A DNA stretch of 64,000 bases, from the NCBI GenBank assembly GCA_016195915.1, contig JACPYS010000055.1:516-64515 (forward strand), read 5' to 3'. The stretch is from Betaproteobacteria bacterium (GTDB lineage Bacteria; Pseudomonadota; Gammaproteobacteria; Burkholderiales; SG8-39). Shown piece by piece: positions 41,945-52,083 of this stretch. The notes under the pieces are model-generated. The model was not told the origin of the DNA, searched no databases, and saw nothing but the letters and a program-made list of their open reading frames with translations. Made by a program: the position numbers and the translations under genes. Position 1 is the stretch's first letter. The number at the start of each line of letters is the position of its first letter.

Positions 41945-43275
41945 TTGCCGGCCGGGCGCTCGCGCATCAGTGCTTCGATATCCGCGATCGATTTGGGGGT
42001 TTCGCGGGTGAGCACTTCGCAGCCCGAGTCGGTCACCAGAACGTCGTCTTCGATGCGAATCCCGATGTCGTGAAAATCTTCGGGCACGTCGTGCGCCGCG
42101 CGGATGTAGATGCCGGGCTCGACCGTCAACGTCATTCCAGGTGCAAGCGCGCGCCAGTTGCCGCCATGCTTGTATTCGCCGGCATCGTGCACGTCGAGCC
42201 CGAGCCAATGGCCGGTGCGGTGCATGTAGAAGCGGCGATAGGACTCGGTTTCGAGCACTTCGTCGAGGCTCCCGCTGAGCAGCTTGAGTTCGAGCATGCC
42301 CTGTGCAAGCACGCGTACAGCGGCGTCGTGCGGCGCGTTCCAGGCATTGCCGGGACGCACCTGGACGATCGCGGCTGCCTGCGCCGCGAGCACCAGTTCG
42401 TACGCGGCGCGTTGCGCCCCGGAGTACCTTCCGTTCACCGGAAATGTGCGCGTAATGTCGGCGGCATAGCCATCGAGTTCGCAGCCGGCGTCGATCAGCA
42501 GAAGATCGCCGTCGTCAAGCGTGGCGCTGTTGTCGCGGTAATGCAGCACGCAAGCGCTGGCGCCGCTCGCGACGATCGGCCAGTAGGCGGGGAACTGCGC
42601 GCCGCGGCTGCGGAATTCGTGCAGCAATTCCGCCTCGATCTCGAATTCACGCCGCCCGGGCCGGGCAAAGCGCATGGCCCGCCGGTGCGCGCGGGCGGAG
42701 ATGGTGGCGGCGCGGCGCATCGTGTCGATCTCGGCCGCATCCTTCACCAGGCGCATCTCATCGAGCAGAACGCGGATGTCGTGGATCTGCGCGGGCGCCG
42801 AAATGCCGGTGCGCGTTTGTGCGCGCACCGCATTGAGCCAGCGCATCACGCGCGCGTCCCACTCGGACTCTGCGCCGGGCGCATAGAACAGCGTGGGCTG
42901 GTCGCCAAGCAAGCTCGCAAGCGCTTCGTCGAGCTCGCCGATCGGCCGGGCCTCGTCGAGCCCGAAACGCTCGCGCGCCGCCTGCGGTCCGTAGCGGAAA
43001 CCGTCCCAGGTTTCGCGTTCCTCGTGTTTTTCGCGGCAGAACAGGATCGAGCGCGGCGTATCCCCCGCCACCAGGACGAGCACCGCTTCGGGTTCCGCGA
43101 AACCCGTGAGGTAGTAGAAATAGCTGTCGAACCGATACGGATAGTACGAGTCCCGGTTGCGCGTGCGCTCGGGTGCGGTGGGCACCACCGCCACGCCGGC
43201 GCCCATCGACTGGAGCAGGCGGCTGCGTCGCCCGGCGTAGGCGGCGATTCCGTGCGGCGGTTCATTCATGTTCAT
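41941..43275 (-). CDS. pepP: Xaa-Pro aminopeptidase
   Basis: YLTGF.EP, LHY, IDAGCE..GYAADITRTFP, GHWLGLDVHD, TVEPGIY, GIRIEDD. Confidence 0.95.
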   Translation of the reverse strand: MNMNEPPHGIAAYAGRRSRLLQSMGAGVAVVPTAPERTRNRDSYYPYRFDSYFYYLTGFAEPEAVLVLVAGDTPRSILFCREKHEERETWDGFRYGPQAARERFGLDEARPIGELDEALASLLGDQPTLFYAPGAESEWDARVMRWLNAVRAQTRTGISAPAQIHDIRVLLDEMRLVKDAAEIDTMRRAATISARAHRRAMRFARPGRREFEIEAELLHEFRSRGAQFPAYWPIVASGASACVLHYRDNSATLDDGDLLLIDAGCELDGYAADITRTFPVNGRYSGAQRAAYELVLAAQAAAIVQVRPGNAWNAPHDAAVRVLAQGMLELKLLSGSLDEVLETESYRRFYMHRTGHWLGLDVHDAGEYKHGGNWRALAPGMTLTVEPGIYIRAAHDVPEDFHDIGIRIEDDVLVTDSGCEVLTRETPKSIADIEALMRERPAGK

Positions 43276-43967
43276 CGCGTCGTCCTCGTTTCGGCGCGCG
43301 CGGCGCGCAGTCGCGCATCGAGCGCCGCGCGCCGCTCGGAGGTGCCGACATCGGCCCACAGTCCGGCGTACAGCTCACCCGACACGCGCCCGGCTTCGGC
43401 ATTCGAGCGCAGCAGCGGAGCAAGACCCGCCTTGGCGCCCGCATCGACTGCGCTCACCAAGCGCGGAGATATGACCGCCAATCCGGCGTAAGTGTATCGC
43501 GGTGCAGCCCGGTTTCCGACGCACCCGTCTTCGAGAGAGAAATCGCCGTCTGTGCGAAACGCCGGGTTGGGTACGAGCACCAGATGCGCGAGGGATTTGC
43601 CCAACCCGAGGGCGCGAAGCCTTGCGAGCGGGTACTCGCAGTACACGTCGCCGTTGGCGAGCAGGAACGGTTGCTCGCCCAGCTGAGCGCGTGCGAACGC
43701 GAGCGCCCCGGCCGTATCGAGCGGTTCGGGTTCGCGGGAAAACTTGATCGAATGTCCCCAAGCCCGGCCGCTGCCGAGCGCCTGCTCGATCTGCGCGCCG
43801 AGGTGGGATACGTTGATCACGATTTCGCGGAATCCCGCCGCTGCGAGGCGCTCCAAGTGCCAGACGATCAGCGGTTTGCCCCCCACCTCGACGAGCGGCT
43901 TGGGGACATGGTCCGTGAGCGGGCGCATCCGCTCGCCACGCCCGGCCGCCAGGATCATCGCCATCAT
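43272..43967 (-). CDS. murU: N-acetylmuramate alpha-1-phosphate uridylyltransferase
   Basis: AMILAAGRGERMRPLT..PKPL, WADVGT; next to amgK. Confidence 0.85.
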   Translation of the reverse strand: MMAMILAAGRGERMRPLTDHVPKPLVEVGGKPLIVWHLERLAAAGFREIVINVSHLGAQIEQALGSGRAWGHSIKFSREPEPLDTAGALAFARAQLGEQPFLLANGDVYCEYPLARLRALGLGKSLAHLVLVPNPAFRTDGDFSLEDGCVGNRAAPRYTYAGLAVISPRLVSAVDAGAKAGLAPLLRSNAEAGRVSGELYAGLWADVGTSERRAALDARLRAARAETRTTR

Positions 43968-44965
43968 GGCGTTGCGCCGCGTGCGCGAGCCTCGTTCAGT
44001 CGCTCGATCAGTCTTGCGAGCGGGACCAGTTCACGATAGCGCCGGCAGGCCGCCCGCAGGTATTCGAGCACCAATGGAATGTCGGCAAGGTAGCGTTGCT
44101 TGCCGTCGCGGTGGCACAGCCGCGCAAATATCCCGGCCACCTTGAGATGGCGTTGCACCCCCATCCACTCGAAGTCGCGATAGAACTCGGCAAAATCCGG
44201 CGCCACCGCCAGACCGGCGCGGCGCGCCTTCTCCCAGTAGCGAATCGTCCAGTCGAGCACCTGTTCTTCGTCCCAGCGGATGTAGGCATCCCTGAAAAGC
44301 GAAGCCAGGTCGTAGGTGATCGGCCCGTACACCGCGTCCTGGAAGTCGAGCACGCCCGGGCTTGGTTCGCACACCATCAGGTTTCGCGAATGGTAGTCGC
44401 GGTGGACGTAGACTTTCGGCTGGGCGAGATTGTTGGCGAGGATGGCGGAAAAGGCGCTCTCGAGAGTTTGGCTGTCTGCTGGAGACAGGCCGTGTCCGAG
44501 TTCGCTTGCGACGTACCATTGCGGAAACAGCCGCAGTTCACGTTCGAGCAGGGCCCGGTCGTATTCCGGCAACGCGCCAGGCCGGCTCGCGAGCTGGATT
44601 CGAAGCAGCGCATCGGTCGCGTCCGCATACATTCCCCGCGCGCTGGAGGCGTCGAGCCGCTCGAGGTAGGTCGTTCCGCCCAGGTCTTCGAGCAGGAGAA
44701 AACCCTGTTCGAGATCGGCCGTATGCACGTTCGGGACGTGCGCGCCGGCCGCGGCGAACAGCGCAGCGACGTGCAGGAACGGGCGGCAGTCCTCCTTGTC
44801 CGGCGGCGCGTCCATCACGATGAGCGAAGTCTCGCCATCGAGAGACACGCGGAAATAACGCCGGAAACTCGCGTCTTCGGATGCCGCCGTCACCGACCAC
44901 CGGCGCCCCGGAAAACGCTCCGCCAGCCAGCGCGCGAGGGAAGCGCCGCGCAGATCATCCTTCAT
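43964..44965 (-). CDS. amgK: anomeric MurNAc/GlcNAc kinase
   Basis: DASFRRYFR, MDAPP, HRDYHSRNL, LDFQDA; divergent from lptD. Confidence 0.88.
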   Translation of the reverse strand: MKDDLRGASLARWLAERFPGRRWSVTAASEDASFRRYFRVSLDGETSLIVMDAPPDKEDCRPFLHVAALFAAAGAHVPNVHTADLEQGFLLLEDLGGTTYLERLDASSARGMYADATDALLRIQLASRPGALPEYDRALLERELRLFPQWYVASELGHGLSPADSQTLESAFSAILANNLAQPKVYVHRDYHSRNLMVCEPSPGVLDFQDAVYGPITYDLASLFRDAYIRWDEEQVLDWTIRYWEKARRAGLAVAPDFAEFYRDFEWMGVQRHLKVAGIFARLCHRDGKQRYLADIPLVLEYLRAACRRYRELVPLARLIERLNEARARGATP

Positions 44966-45082
44966 CTTGGGCCGTTCGCTCGGCGCATGACGTCGCATGT
45001 TGGGCGGAAGGCGCCGGAATGAATTGCGTAACCGGGGGAATTGTGCGATTTTACCACTCCAGCAATCTCCTTCGTTCCATCC

Positions 45083-47341
45083 ATGCCGTTCGCCTGCGCG
45101 CGCTGGCGCGTGCCCGCTGGGGCTCTCGTTATCCTCATCCTTGCGCTCACCGGCGCGGATGCTGCGCGCGCGCAGGCGTTGAAACCGCCTGCCGTTGCGT
45201 TGCCGCCGCGCGAAAAAGGCCCGACCACGATCGACGCCGAGCGCATCGAGGGCGTGGGCGGGCAGGAAGTGACGGCGCGCGGCAAGGTGGAACTGCGCCA
45301 GGACGACACTGTCATCTTCAGCGATTTCCTGAAATACAACCAGGAATTCGGCCGCATCGAGGCCGATGGCGGCGTGCGGCTTCGCCAGGGCAACGACCGT
45401 TTCTCCGGACCGCGGCTCAAGTACGACAGCCGCGACCAGACCGGGGTATTCGAGGAGCCGAGCTTCGTTCTGCGCGGCGACCAGCCGGGCCGTGGCAAGG
45501 CCGAGCGCATCGATTTTCTCGGTGCCGACCATTTCAGGATTAAGAATGGCAGCTTCACCTCGTGCGCGCCGGGACGCGAGGACTGGCGTTTCGATTTGCG
45601 TGAACTCGACCTGGACTACAACACCCAGACCGGCACGCTGCGTGACGGATCGCTCAAGTTTTTCGACACCACGATTGCGCCGATCCCCTGGATGAGCTTT
45701 CCGCTCGAGCACCGGCGCAAGAGCGGGTTTCTCTCGCCCGCCTATACGCAGTCCTCGCGCGGCGGCCTCGAACTTTCGATGCCGTTCTACTGGAACATTT
45801 CCCCGGAGCGCGATGCGACGATCACGCCGCGCTACATTTCCCGGCGCGGAATGATGCTGCTCAGCGAGCACCGCTACATCGACCGCAGCCATCTCGGGGA
45901 GGCGCACTACGAGGTGCTGCCCGATGACAAGTCGGCCGGCCGCACGCGCAGCGCGTTTTCGCTGGTTCACCGGCAGACCTTCACCTCCGACCTGTCGGGC
46001 TTCGTGGATCTCAACAAGGTTTCCGACAACCGGTACTACGTCGACCTGTTTTCGCGCGTGAGCCAGACATCGACCGTCAACCTGCCTCGCCAGGGTTTTC
46101 TGCAGTACAACGGATCGGGTTATATCCTGCAGAGCCGCGTGCAGCGCTTCCAGACGCTGCAGGATCCGCTCAGCCCGGTGGTCAGTCCGTACCACCGGGT
46201 GCCGCAACTCACGTTCGGAGCCTCGAGGAACGACGTCGGCGGCGTGGTCGATATCGCGCTCCCGGCCGAGTACGTGCGTTTCACGCACACCACACAAGTC
46301 GAGGGGCAGCGCGTCGTGATGAATCCCACGTTCACCGCGCCGATCGTCGCACCCGGCTATTTCTTTACGCCCAAGCTGGGGGTGCGCTACGGCGGCTACA
46401 ACCTGCAAAACGCTGCGCCTGGAATTCCGGACAAGCAAACCGTCACGATTCCCTGGCTCAGTGTGGACGGCGGGTTGATCTTCGAGCGCAATTTCGCCCT
46501 GGCTGGCCGCGATTTTGCGCAGACGCTCGAGCCGCGCCTGTACTACGTCAGCGTTCCGTTCCGCGACCAGAGCCGGATACCGCTGTTCGATACCGGACTT
46601 GCGGACTTCAACTACGCGCAGATTTTTTCCGAGAACCGTTTCGTCGGCAACGACCGCTTCGGCGACGCGAATCAGCTGACCGCTGCGGTCACGACGCGCT
46701 TGCTCGGGGGGGCTTCGGGCCAGGAGTTGCTGCGTGCGACGGTTGGCCAGCGCTTCTATTTCAAGAACGAGGAGGTGAGCCTCTCGCACGCTTCGGCGTT
46801 GCGCACCTACAAGAGCTCGGACCTCCTCGCCTCGGTGGCCGGAAGGATCTCGCAGCTGTGGTCGTTCGATACCGCCTACCAGTACAACGGCCGGCTGTCG
46901 CAGACCGAGCGCTTCAACGCCTCGATGCGCTATTCGCCCGAATTGGCGAAGGTCGTCAATCTCGGGTACCGGTTCACACGCGATGCACTGAAGCAGATCG
47001 ACGTTTCGGGGCAATGGCCGGTGCAAACCGGCTGGTACGGGATCGGCCGGTATAACTATTCGTTGAAGGACGGCCGACTGCTCGAAGGCATCGCCGGGCT
47101 GGAGTACAACGCGGGCTGCTGGATCATGCGCGTGGTCGCGCAGCGCCTGCAGGCGGCGACGCAGCTCGCTTCGACCACGGTATTTGTCCAGCTCGAGCTC
47201 GGCGACTTCGCCCGGCTCGGGTCGGACCCGCGCGACCTGCTCCGGCGTACAGTGCCGGGCTACACGAGCACGCATCTGCGGCCCGAGCAGACCATCCCCT
47301 CCAGCCTGCAGCCGAAGCTGCCGTTCGAACAAGTGTACTGA
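45083..47341 (+). CDS. lptD: LPS assembly protein LptD
   Basis: RKSGFL, PFYWNI, QTLEPRLYY, NRF.G.DR..DANQ, EYNAGCW. Confidence 0.95.
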   Translation: MPFACARWRVPAGALVILILALTGADAARAQALKPPAVALPPREKGPTTIDAERIEGVGGQEVTARGKVELRQDDTVIFSDFLKYNQEFGRIEADGGVRLRQGNDRFSGPRLKYDSRDQTGVFEEPSFVLRGDQPGRGKAERIDFLGADHFRIKNGSFTSCAPGREDWRFDLRELDLDYNTQTGTLRDGSLKFFDTTIAPIPWMSFPLEHRRKSGFLSPAYTQSSRGGLELSMPFYWNISPERDATITPRYISRRGMMLLSEHRYIDRSHLGEAHYEVLPDDKSAGRTRSAFSLVHRQTFTSDLSGFVDLNKVSDNRYYVDLFSRVSQTSTVNLPRQGFLQYNGSGYILQSRVQRFQTLQDPLSPVVSPYHRVPQLTFGASRNDVGGVVDIALPAEYVRFTHTTQVEGQRVVMNPTFTAPIVAPGYFFTPKLGVRYGGYNLQNAAPGIPDKQTVTIPWLSVDGGLIFERNFALAGRDFAQTLEPRLYYVSVPFRDQSRIPLFDTGLADFNYAQIFSENRFVGNDRFGDANQLTAAVTTRLLGGASGQELLRATVGQRFYFKNEEVSLSHASALRTYKSSDLLASVAGRISQLWSFDTAYQYNGRLSQTERFNASMRYSPELAKVVNLGYRFTRDALKQIDVSGQWPVQTGWYGIGRYNYSLKDGRLLEGIAGLEYNAGCWIMRVVAQRLQAATQLASTTVFVQLELGDFARLGSDPRDLLRRTVPGYTSTHLRPEQTIPSSLQPKLPFEQVY

Positions 47342-47348
47342 GGCCAAC

Positions 47349-48671
47349 ATGCCGTTTCGCGCCCTGCTGGTCCGTCTTGGTGCTGCGTTCACGCTCGCAC
47401 TCGCGCCGGGAGCGCATGCGCAGGGCCGCATCACTCTGGTCGATCGCATCGTGGCAGTGGTGAACAACGAGGTGGTGACGGCGTCCGAACTCAACGAGCG
47501 CGTTGCGTTCGCGATGCGCGAACTGCGCCGGCAAGGCACGCCTGTACCCGACGCCGGCGTGCTCGAAAAACAGATGCTCGAGCGCCTGATCCTCGACAAG
47601 GCGCAGCTGCAACTGGCGCGTGATTCGGGACTCAAGGTGGACGAGGTCCAGCTCGACCGGGCGATCGAGCGCATCGCCGAATCCAACAAGCTCTCGTTGC
47701 TGGAGTTTCGCCGGACGCTCGAGCGCGACGGTGTCGATTTCGACCGTTTTCGCGAAGACCTGCGCCAGCAGATCACGCTCAGCCGGCTGCGCGAGCGCGA
47801 GGTCGACGACAAGATCCAGGTCAACGACAGCGAGATCGACCTGTTCCTCGAGGAGACGACCGCGGAAGGCACGCCGGCCGCGGGGGTGGAATACAACCTC
47901 GCGCACGTGCTCGTGCGGATTCCAGAGCAGGCCGGCCCCGAGCAGATCGAGCGCGCGCGCGCGCGCGCCGAGAAGGTCGTGAGCGAAGCGCGCAGCGGCG
48001 TGGACTTCGGCAACCTCGCCGCAAGCTACTCGGACGCCGAGGATGCGCTGAGGGGAGGGGCGATGAGCTGGCGTCCCCAGGAGCGCCTGCCGGAGATTTT
48101 TACAACGGCATTGAAGGAATTGCGTCCCGGAGACGTGAGCGGCGTTTTTCGCAGCCCGGCCGGATTTCATGTGCTCAAGCTTCTCGAGCGCCGGGGAACC
48201 AGCACCGGCCCGGGCGGAGCGCCGGTGCTGCAGACGCACGCCCGCCATATCCTGGTGAGGACCAACGAGGTGGTGTCCGAGGCGGACGCGCGCCGCCGCC
48301 TGGGCGACCTGCGCGAGCGCATCGTGACGGGCGGATCCAGCTTCGCAGACCTCGCCAGGCTGCATTCCGAGGACGGCTCGGCGACGCGTGGCGGTGACCT
48401 CGATTGGGTCTATCCCGGCGATACGGTGCCCGAATTCGAACGCATGCTCAATGAACTCAAGCCGGGGGACGTGAGCGTGCCGTTCAAGACGCAGTTCGGC
48501 TGGCACCTGGTCCAGGTGATCGAGCGGCGCACCGCGGACGTCAGCATCGAGCGGCGTCGCCTCATGGCGCGGCAGGCGCTCAAGGAGCGCAAGGCGGACG
48601 AGGCCTTTCAGGATTGGGTGCGCCAGGTGCGTGATCGCGCCTACGTCGAGATGCGGCTCGAGGAGAGGTAG
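47349..48671 (+). CDS. surA: periplasmic chaperone/PPIase SurA
   Basis: DRIVAVVN, two parvulin domains (HVLV, HILV, GGDLDW, FGWHL). Confidence 0.95.
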   Translation: MPFRALLVRLGAAFTLALAPGAHAQGRITLVDRIVAVVNNEVVTASELNERVAFAMRELRRQGTPVPDAGVLEKQMLERLILDKAQLQLARDSGLKVDEVQLDRAIERIAESNKLSLLEFRRTLERDGVDFDRFREDLRQQITLSRLREREVDDKIQVNDSEIDLFLEETTAEGTPAAGVEYNLAHVLVRIPEQAGPEQIERARARAEKVVSEARSGVDFGNLAASYSDAEDALRGGAMSWRPQERLPEIFTTALKELRPGDVSGVFRSPAGFHVLKLLERRGTSTGPGGAPVLQTHARHILVRTNEVVSEADARRRLGDLRERIVTGGSSFADLARLHSEDGSATRGGDLDWVYPGDTVPEFERMLNELKPGDVSVPFKTQFGWHLVQVIERRTADVSIERRRLMARQALKERKADEAFQDWVRQVRDRAYVEMRLEER

Positions 48672-48719
48672 CGGGGGCGTCCCCCCGCATCCGTTCCCCG
48701 GCCCGGACGACGAAACCCC

Positions 48720-49718
48720 ATGGGATCCCGGTTGCCGGTGATTGCGCTCACATCCGGTGAACCCGCGGGAATCGGGCCGGAATTGTGTGCCATGCTCGGT
48801 GCGAGGGAGTTCGCCGCGCGGCTGGTGGTGATCGGTGACGAAGCGCTGCTCGCCGAAAGGGCGCGGCGTGCCGGTGTTGACGCGCGGCTGCGACGATATT
48901 CCCGCGCCACGCTGCCGACATCCGGCATCATCGAAGTGGAGCATGTTCCGATTGCGCGTCCGGCACAGGCCGGGCAACTCGACCCGGCCAACGCCCGCTA
49001 TGTGCTCGCGCTTCTGGACCGCGCGATCGACGGCTGCCTGTCCGGCGAGTTCGACGCGATGGTCACGGCGCCGGTGCACAAGGGGATCATCAACGACGCC
49101 GGCATCGCATTTACCGGACATACCGAGTATCTCGCTGCGCGTACGGGCGCGGCCGACGTGGTCATGCTGCTGGTCGGCGGCGGGCTGCGCGTCGCGCTCG
49201 CTACCACGCACCTGGCGCTCGCCGAGGTTGCGGCGGCGATCCAGCGCCCCCGGCTCACTGAAACCCTGCGCACGCTCGAGCGCGGCTTGCGTGAGCAGTT
49301 CGGCATCGCGCGGCCACGCATTCTGGTTGCGGGCCTCAACCCGCACAGCGGCGAAGGCGGTTATCTTGGCCGGGAGGAAATCGAGGTGATCGAGCCGGTG
49401 GTGCGCGAACTGCGTTCCGCGGGGCTCGAGCTGGAGGGGCCGTTGCCCGCAGATACGTTGTTCCTGCGCGAGCGGCTGGAGCGCGCCGATTGCGTGCTCG
49501 CGATGTATCACGACCAGGGCCTGCCGGTGCTCAAGTACGCGAGCTTCGGCAAGGGCGTGAACGTGACGCTCGGGTTGCCCATCGTGCGCACTTCCGTCGA
49601 CCATGGAACCGCGCTCGAACTCGCGGGCACGGGCCGCGCCGATTGCGGCAGTCTCGAGGAGGCGATTCGGCTCGCGCTCGCGATCGCGGGCGTGCGCCAG
49701 CGCCGCGCGCCGGCGTGA
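48720..49718 (+). CDS. pdxA: 4-hydroxythreonine-4-phosphate dehydrogenase
   Basis: GEPAGIGPE, GHTEYL, NPHSGE, MYHDQG, RTSVDHGTA. Confidence 0.96.
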   Translation: MGSRLPVIALTSGEPAGIGPELCAMLGAREFAARLVVIGDEALLAERARRAGVDARLRRYSRATLPTSGIIEVEHVPIARPAQAGQLDPANARYVLALLDRAIDGCLSGEFDAMVTAPVHKGIINDAGIAFTGHTEYLAARTGAADVVMLLVGGGLRVALATTHLALAEVAAAIQRPRLTETLRTLERGLREQFGIARPRILVAGLNPHSGEGGYLGREEIEVIEPVVRELRSAGLELEGPLPADTLFLRERLERADCVLAMYHDQGLPVLKYASFGKGVNVTLGLPIVRTSVDHGTALELAGTGRADCGSLEEAIRLALAIAGVRQRRAPA

Positions 49719-50521
49719 AACGTTCGCGCATCGTTCCGCGCAAGCGCTTCGGGCAGCACTTCCTGCATGAGCGGGGTGTGATCGAGCGCATCGTGCAGTC
49801 GATCAATCCGCAACCTGGTGATGTGATCGTGGAAGTGGGAGCGGGGGAAGGCGCGCTCACGCGGGCCTTGCTCGAGCGCGTGGCGAAGATCGAGGCGATC
49901 GAAATCGACCGTGATCTCGCGGCACGGTTGGCAGCAGAGTTCTCCCCGTCCCAACTGGTTGTGCACGTAGCGGATGTACTCGAGTTCGACTTTTCACTTT
50001 TTCCCGAGGGCGTGCGAATTGTCGGCAACCTGCCCTATAACATTTCAACGCCGATGCTTTTTCATCTCGCCCGCTACGCCACGCGCGTGCGCGACATGCA
50101 CTTCATGCTGCAGCTCGAGGTGGTCGAGCGCATGGTGGCAAAGCCTTCGACCCCGGAATACGGCCGGCTATCGGTGATGCTGCAGACGCGCTTTCGAATG
50201 GACAAGCTGTTTCGCGTGGGGCCCGGCGCGTTCCGCCCGCCGCCGAAAGTGCAATCCGCGGTGGTGCGGCTGGTGCCGCTGGCGCACGAGCAGCTTGCGG
50301 CCATGGACCATTCGGTGTTCGAAGCAGTGGTACGCAGCGCATTCAGCGCCCGGCGCAAGACGCTGCGCAACGCACTGGCGGAGTGGTTCGACGAGGGTCA
50401 GCTGCGCGCACTTGGCATCGACCCGAGGCTGCGCCCCGAAAATCTTTCGCCGAATGATTTTGTGCATCTTGCGGAACACGTTGGTCGAAGGGGCTCGTGC
50501 GGCAGTGATCCGAATCAGTAG
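49715..50521 (+). CDS. rsmA: 16S rRNA dimethyladenosine transferase
   Basis: RKRFGQHFL, EIDRD, GNLPYNIST, PPPKVQS, RRKTLRN. Confidence 0.96.
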   Translation: MKRSRIVPRKRFGQHFLHERGVIERIVQSINPQPGDVIVEVGAGEGALTRALLERVAKIEAIEIDRDLAARLAAEFSPSQLVVHVADVLEFDFSLFPEGVRIVGNLPYNISTPMLFHLARYATRVRDMHFMLQLEVVERMVAKPSTPEYGRLSVMLQTRFRMDKLFRVGPGAFRPPPKVQSAVVRLVPLAHEQLAAMDHSVFEAVVRSAFSARRKTLRNALAEWFDEGQLRALGIDPRLRPENLSPNDFVHLAEHVGRRGSCGSDPNQ

Positions 50522-50575
50522 GCCCGCGTTTCTTCTTGCGCAAGCATCGGGACCGCAAATCCGATAGGCAGCACT

Positions 50576-50976
50576 CGGCCACTATGCACAGTTCGAAACT
50601 ATGCGCAATTATGTCGATTGGGGGAGGCGTCCGCCTCGGGTGCTGAGCGTTCAGGATCGGCGCGATCTGCGCATAGTTTCCGAAGGCATGTGACTTCGTA
50701 GTTCGACTTCGGGAAAGCACCACGGAAACACGTGAACCACGCATCGCTTCGTCAAGGCCGACCTCGCGAAGAATGAAAATACTCTCACCCATTGTGATGC
50801 GTTCGACGTCAGGTTGCGTCGATTTGGGGCTCCGGACTCGCTCGTGTGGTTCCTGCAACGCGATAACTATGCACAGATCGAAATTGACGCACCTCGTCAA
50901 ACGCCGCGCCAGTCTTGTGTCTGCGCCCTCGAGCTCTCTTCACCTGCGCATAGTTGCAATCTGCGCATAGTGGTCG
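50576..50976. repeat. non-coding element with ~30-bp imperfect terminal inverted repeats and six TGYGCATAGT 10-mers
   Basis: Left end CGGCCACTATGCACAGTTCGAAACTATGCGCA; reverse complement of right end CGACCACTATGCGCAGATTGCAACTATGCGCA. 10-mers at 50581, 50598, 50668, 50866, 50945 and 50962. Confidence 0.7.
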
Positions 50977-51024
50977 CTATCTAAACCTTTACATAGCGGC
51001 CAATAGCGGTCATTCGCGAACGCG

Positions 51025-52020
51025 CTATTCGATCACCCGGTCGGCACGCAGCAGAAGCAACTGCGGGATCGTAAGCCCGAGCGCCATGGCGGTCTTCTTG
51101 TTAATGACCAGTTCAAACTTAGTTGGAAGTTCTACCGGCAACTCCGCGGGTTTTGCTCCGTGCAGAATGCGATCGACGTGGGCCGCAGCGCGCCGGAAAA
51201 GATCGGCATAGTCAACGCCGTAGGAAATCAAACCGCCTTGCTCGGAGAAGTTGGCGGTAAAGTAGATTGCTGGAACCTTGTGGCGCGCGGCCAGTTCGAT
51301 GATTGGCTTCCGATGGACGATCAAAAAACTGTCTGGCATGGCAATGAAGCCGCTGCCCGACTGGCGCGCAAGCCCGCTGATGACCTGTTCGATCCTGGAG
51401 TCGTTGTGAACGCTGGCCGTGAACGTCGTCACGCCAACTTTCGTCGCGGCAGCCTGAAGGGGCTGCAAATAATATTCCGCGTAAGGCGCAGTTTGCGGAT
51501 TGAACATCACGGCGACCCGCGTCACACGAGGCGCGATCTCCGTGAGTAGCTGCAGAAACTTCTCAATCAGCGACGCTTCGAGGCTAAGAAAGCCGGTGAT
51601 ATTGCCTCCCGGATGCGCCAAGGTCTTGACGAAACTGCTGCCGACCGGATCGGCGACGGCCAGGAATACGATCGGGATGGTCCGGGTCTCGCGTTGGAGT
51701 GCGGCCGTCACTGGCGTAGTTTGGGAAAGGATCACCTCGGGCCGCTGCGTCACCAGGTCTTTTGCAAGCGCAGATGCGCGATTGACGTCGCCCGAGGCCC
51801 AGCGAACGTCGATCGACAAGTTACGCCCATCAACCCACCCTAGCACCGCAAGCCGCTCCTTGAATGCCGCAAGGAATAAGCGCGCTTCCGGATCGCTCTC
51901 GGTGTAACCCATGAGCACAGCGATTTGGCGCACGCGCTCGGGCAACTGCGCCTGCACGAGCCGGGCAGCAAGAAGAGCGGCCCAGGAAAACAGGAACTGC
52001 CTGCGTCGGATTTGGCGCAT
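51025..52020 (-). CDS. orphan ABC transporter substrate-binding protein (ABC_sub_bind type)
   Basis: RRRQFL leader, LGWVDGRNL, TIPIVF..DPV, HPGGNITG, GAKPAELPVE.PTKFELVIN.KTA..LGL, RADRVIE. Confidence 0.9.
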   Translation of the reverse strand: MRQIRRRQFLFSWAALLAARLVQAQLPERVRQIAVLMGYTESDPEARLFLAAFKERLAVLGWVDGRNLSIDVRWASGDVNRASALAKDLVTQRPEVILSQTTPVTAALQRETRTIPIVFLAVADPVGSSFVKTLAHPGGNITGFLSLEASLIEKFLQLLTEIAPRVTRVAVMFNPQTAPYAEYYLQPLQAAATKVGVTTFTASVHNDSRIEQVISGLARQSGSGFIAMPDSFLIVHRKPIIELAARHKVPAIYFTANFSEQGGLISYGVDYADLFRRAAAHVDRILHGAKPAELPVELPTKFELVINKKTAMALGLTIPQLLLLRADRVIE

Positions 52021-52040
52021 TACCCCTCCCGAACAGTGAT

Positions 52041-52072
52041 CGCGCATAGTTGAGACCTACGCATAGGGGTCG
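52041..52072. repeat. third, degenerate copy of the paired 10-mer end
   Basis: CGCGCATAGT-TGAGACC-TACGCATAGG-GGTCG has the same 17-bp period and GGTCG tail as 50945-50976. Confidence 0.6.
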
Positions 52073-52083
52073 ACGGCAGCCGT

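Noticed and set aside
43964-48013. Apparent 1349-aa giant ORF
   Set aside because: Only the last ~333 aa (amgK) are real. The rest is an antisense shadow of lptD/surA, which is common in high-GC DNA.
47124-49604. 826-aa minus-strand ORF and similar long alternative-frame ORFs elsewhere
   Set aside because: These are shadow frames of well-supported genes (surA, pdxA and others) with no domain motifs.
50343-50900. 185-aa minus-strand ORF across the repeat element
   Set aside because: It overlaps rsmA antisense, has no recognisable motifs, and crosses the repeat array. The region is better explained as non-coding.
50581-50971. CRISPR array interpretation of the 10-mer repeats
   Set aside because: The repeats are too short, in mixed orientation and irregularly spaced, and there are no cas genes.
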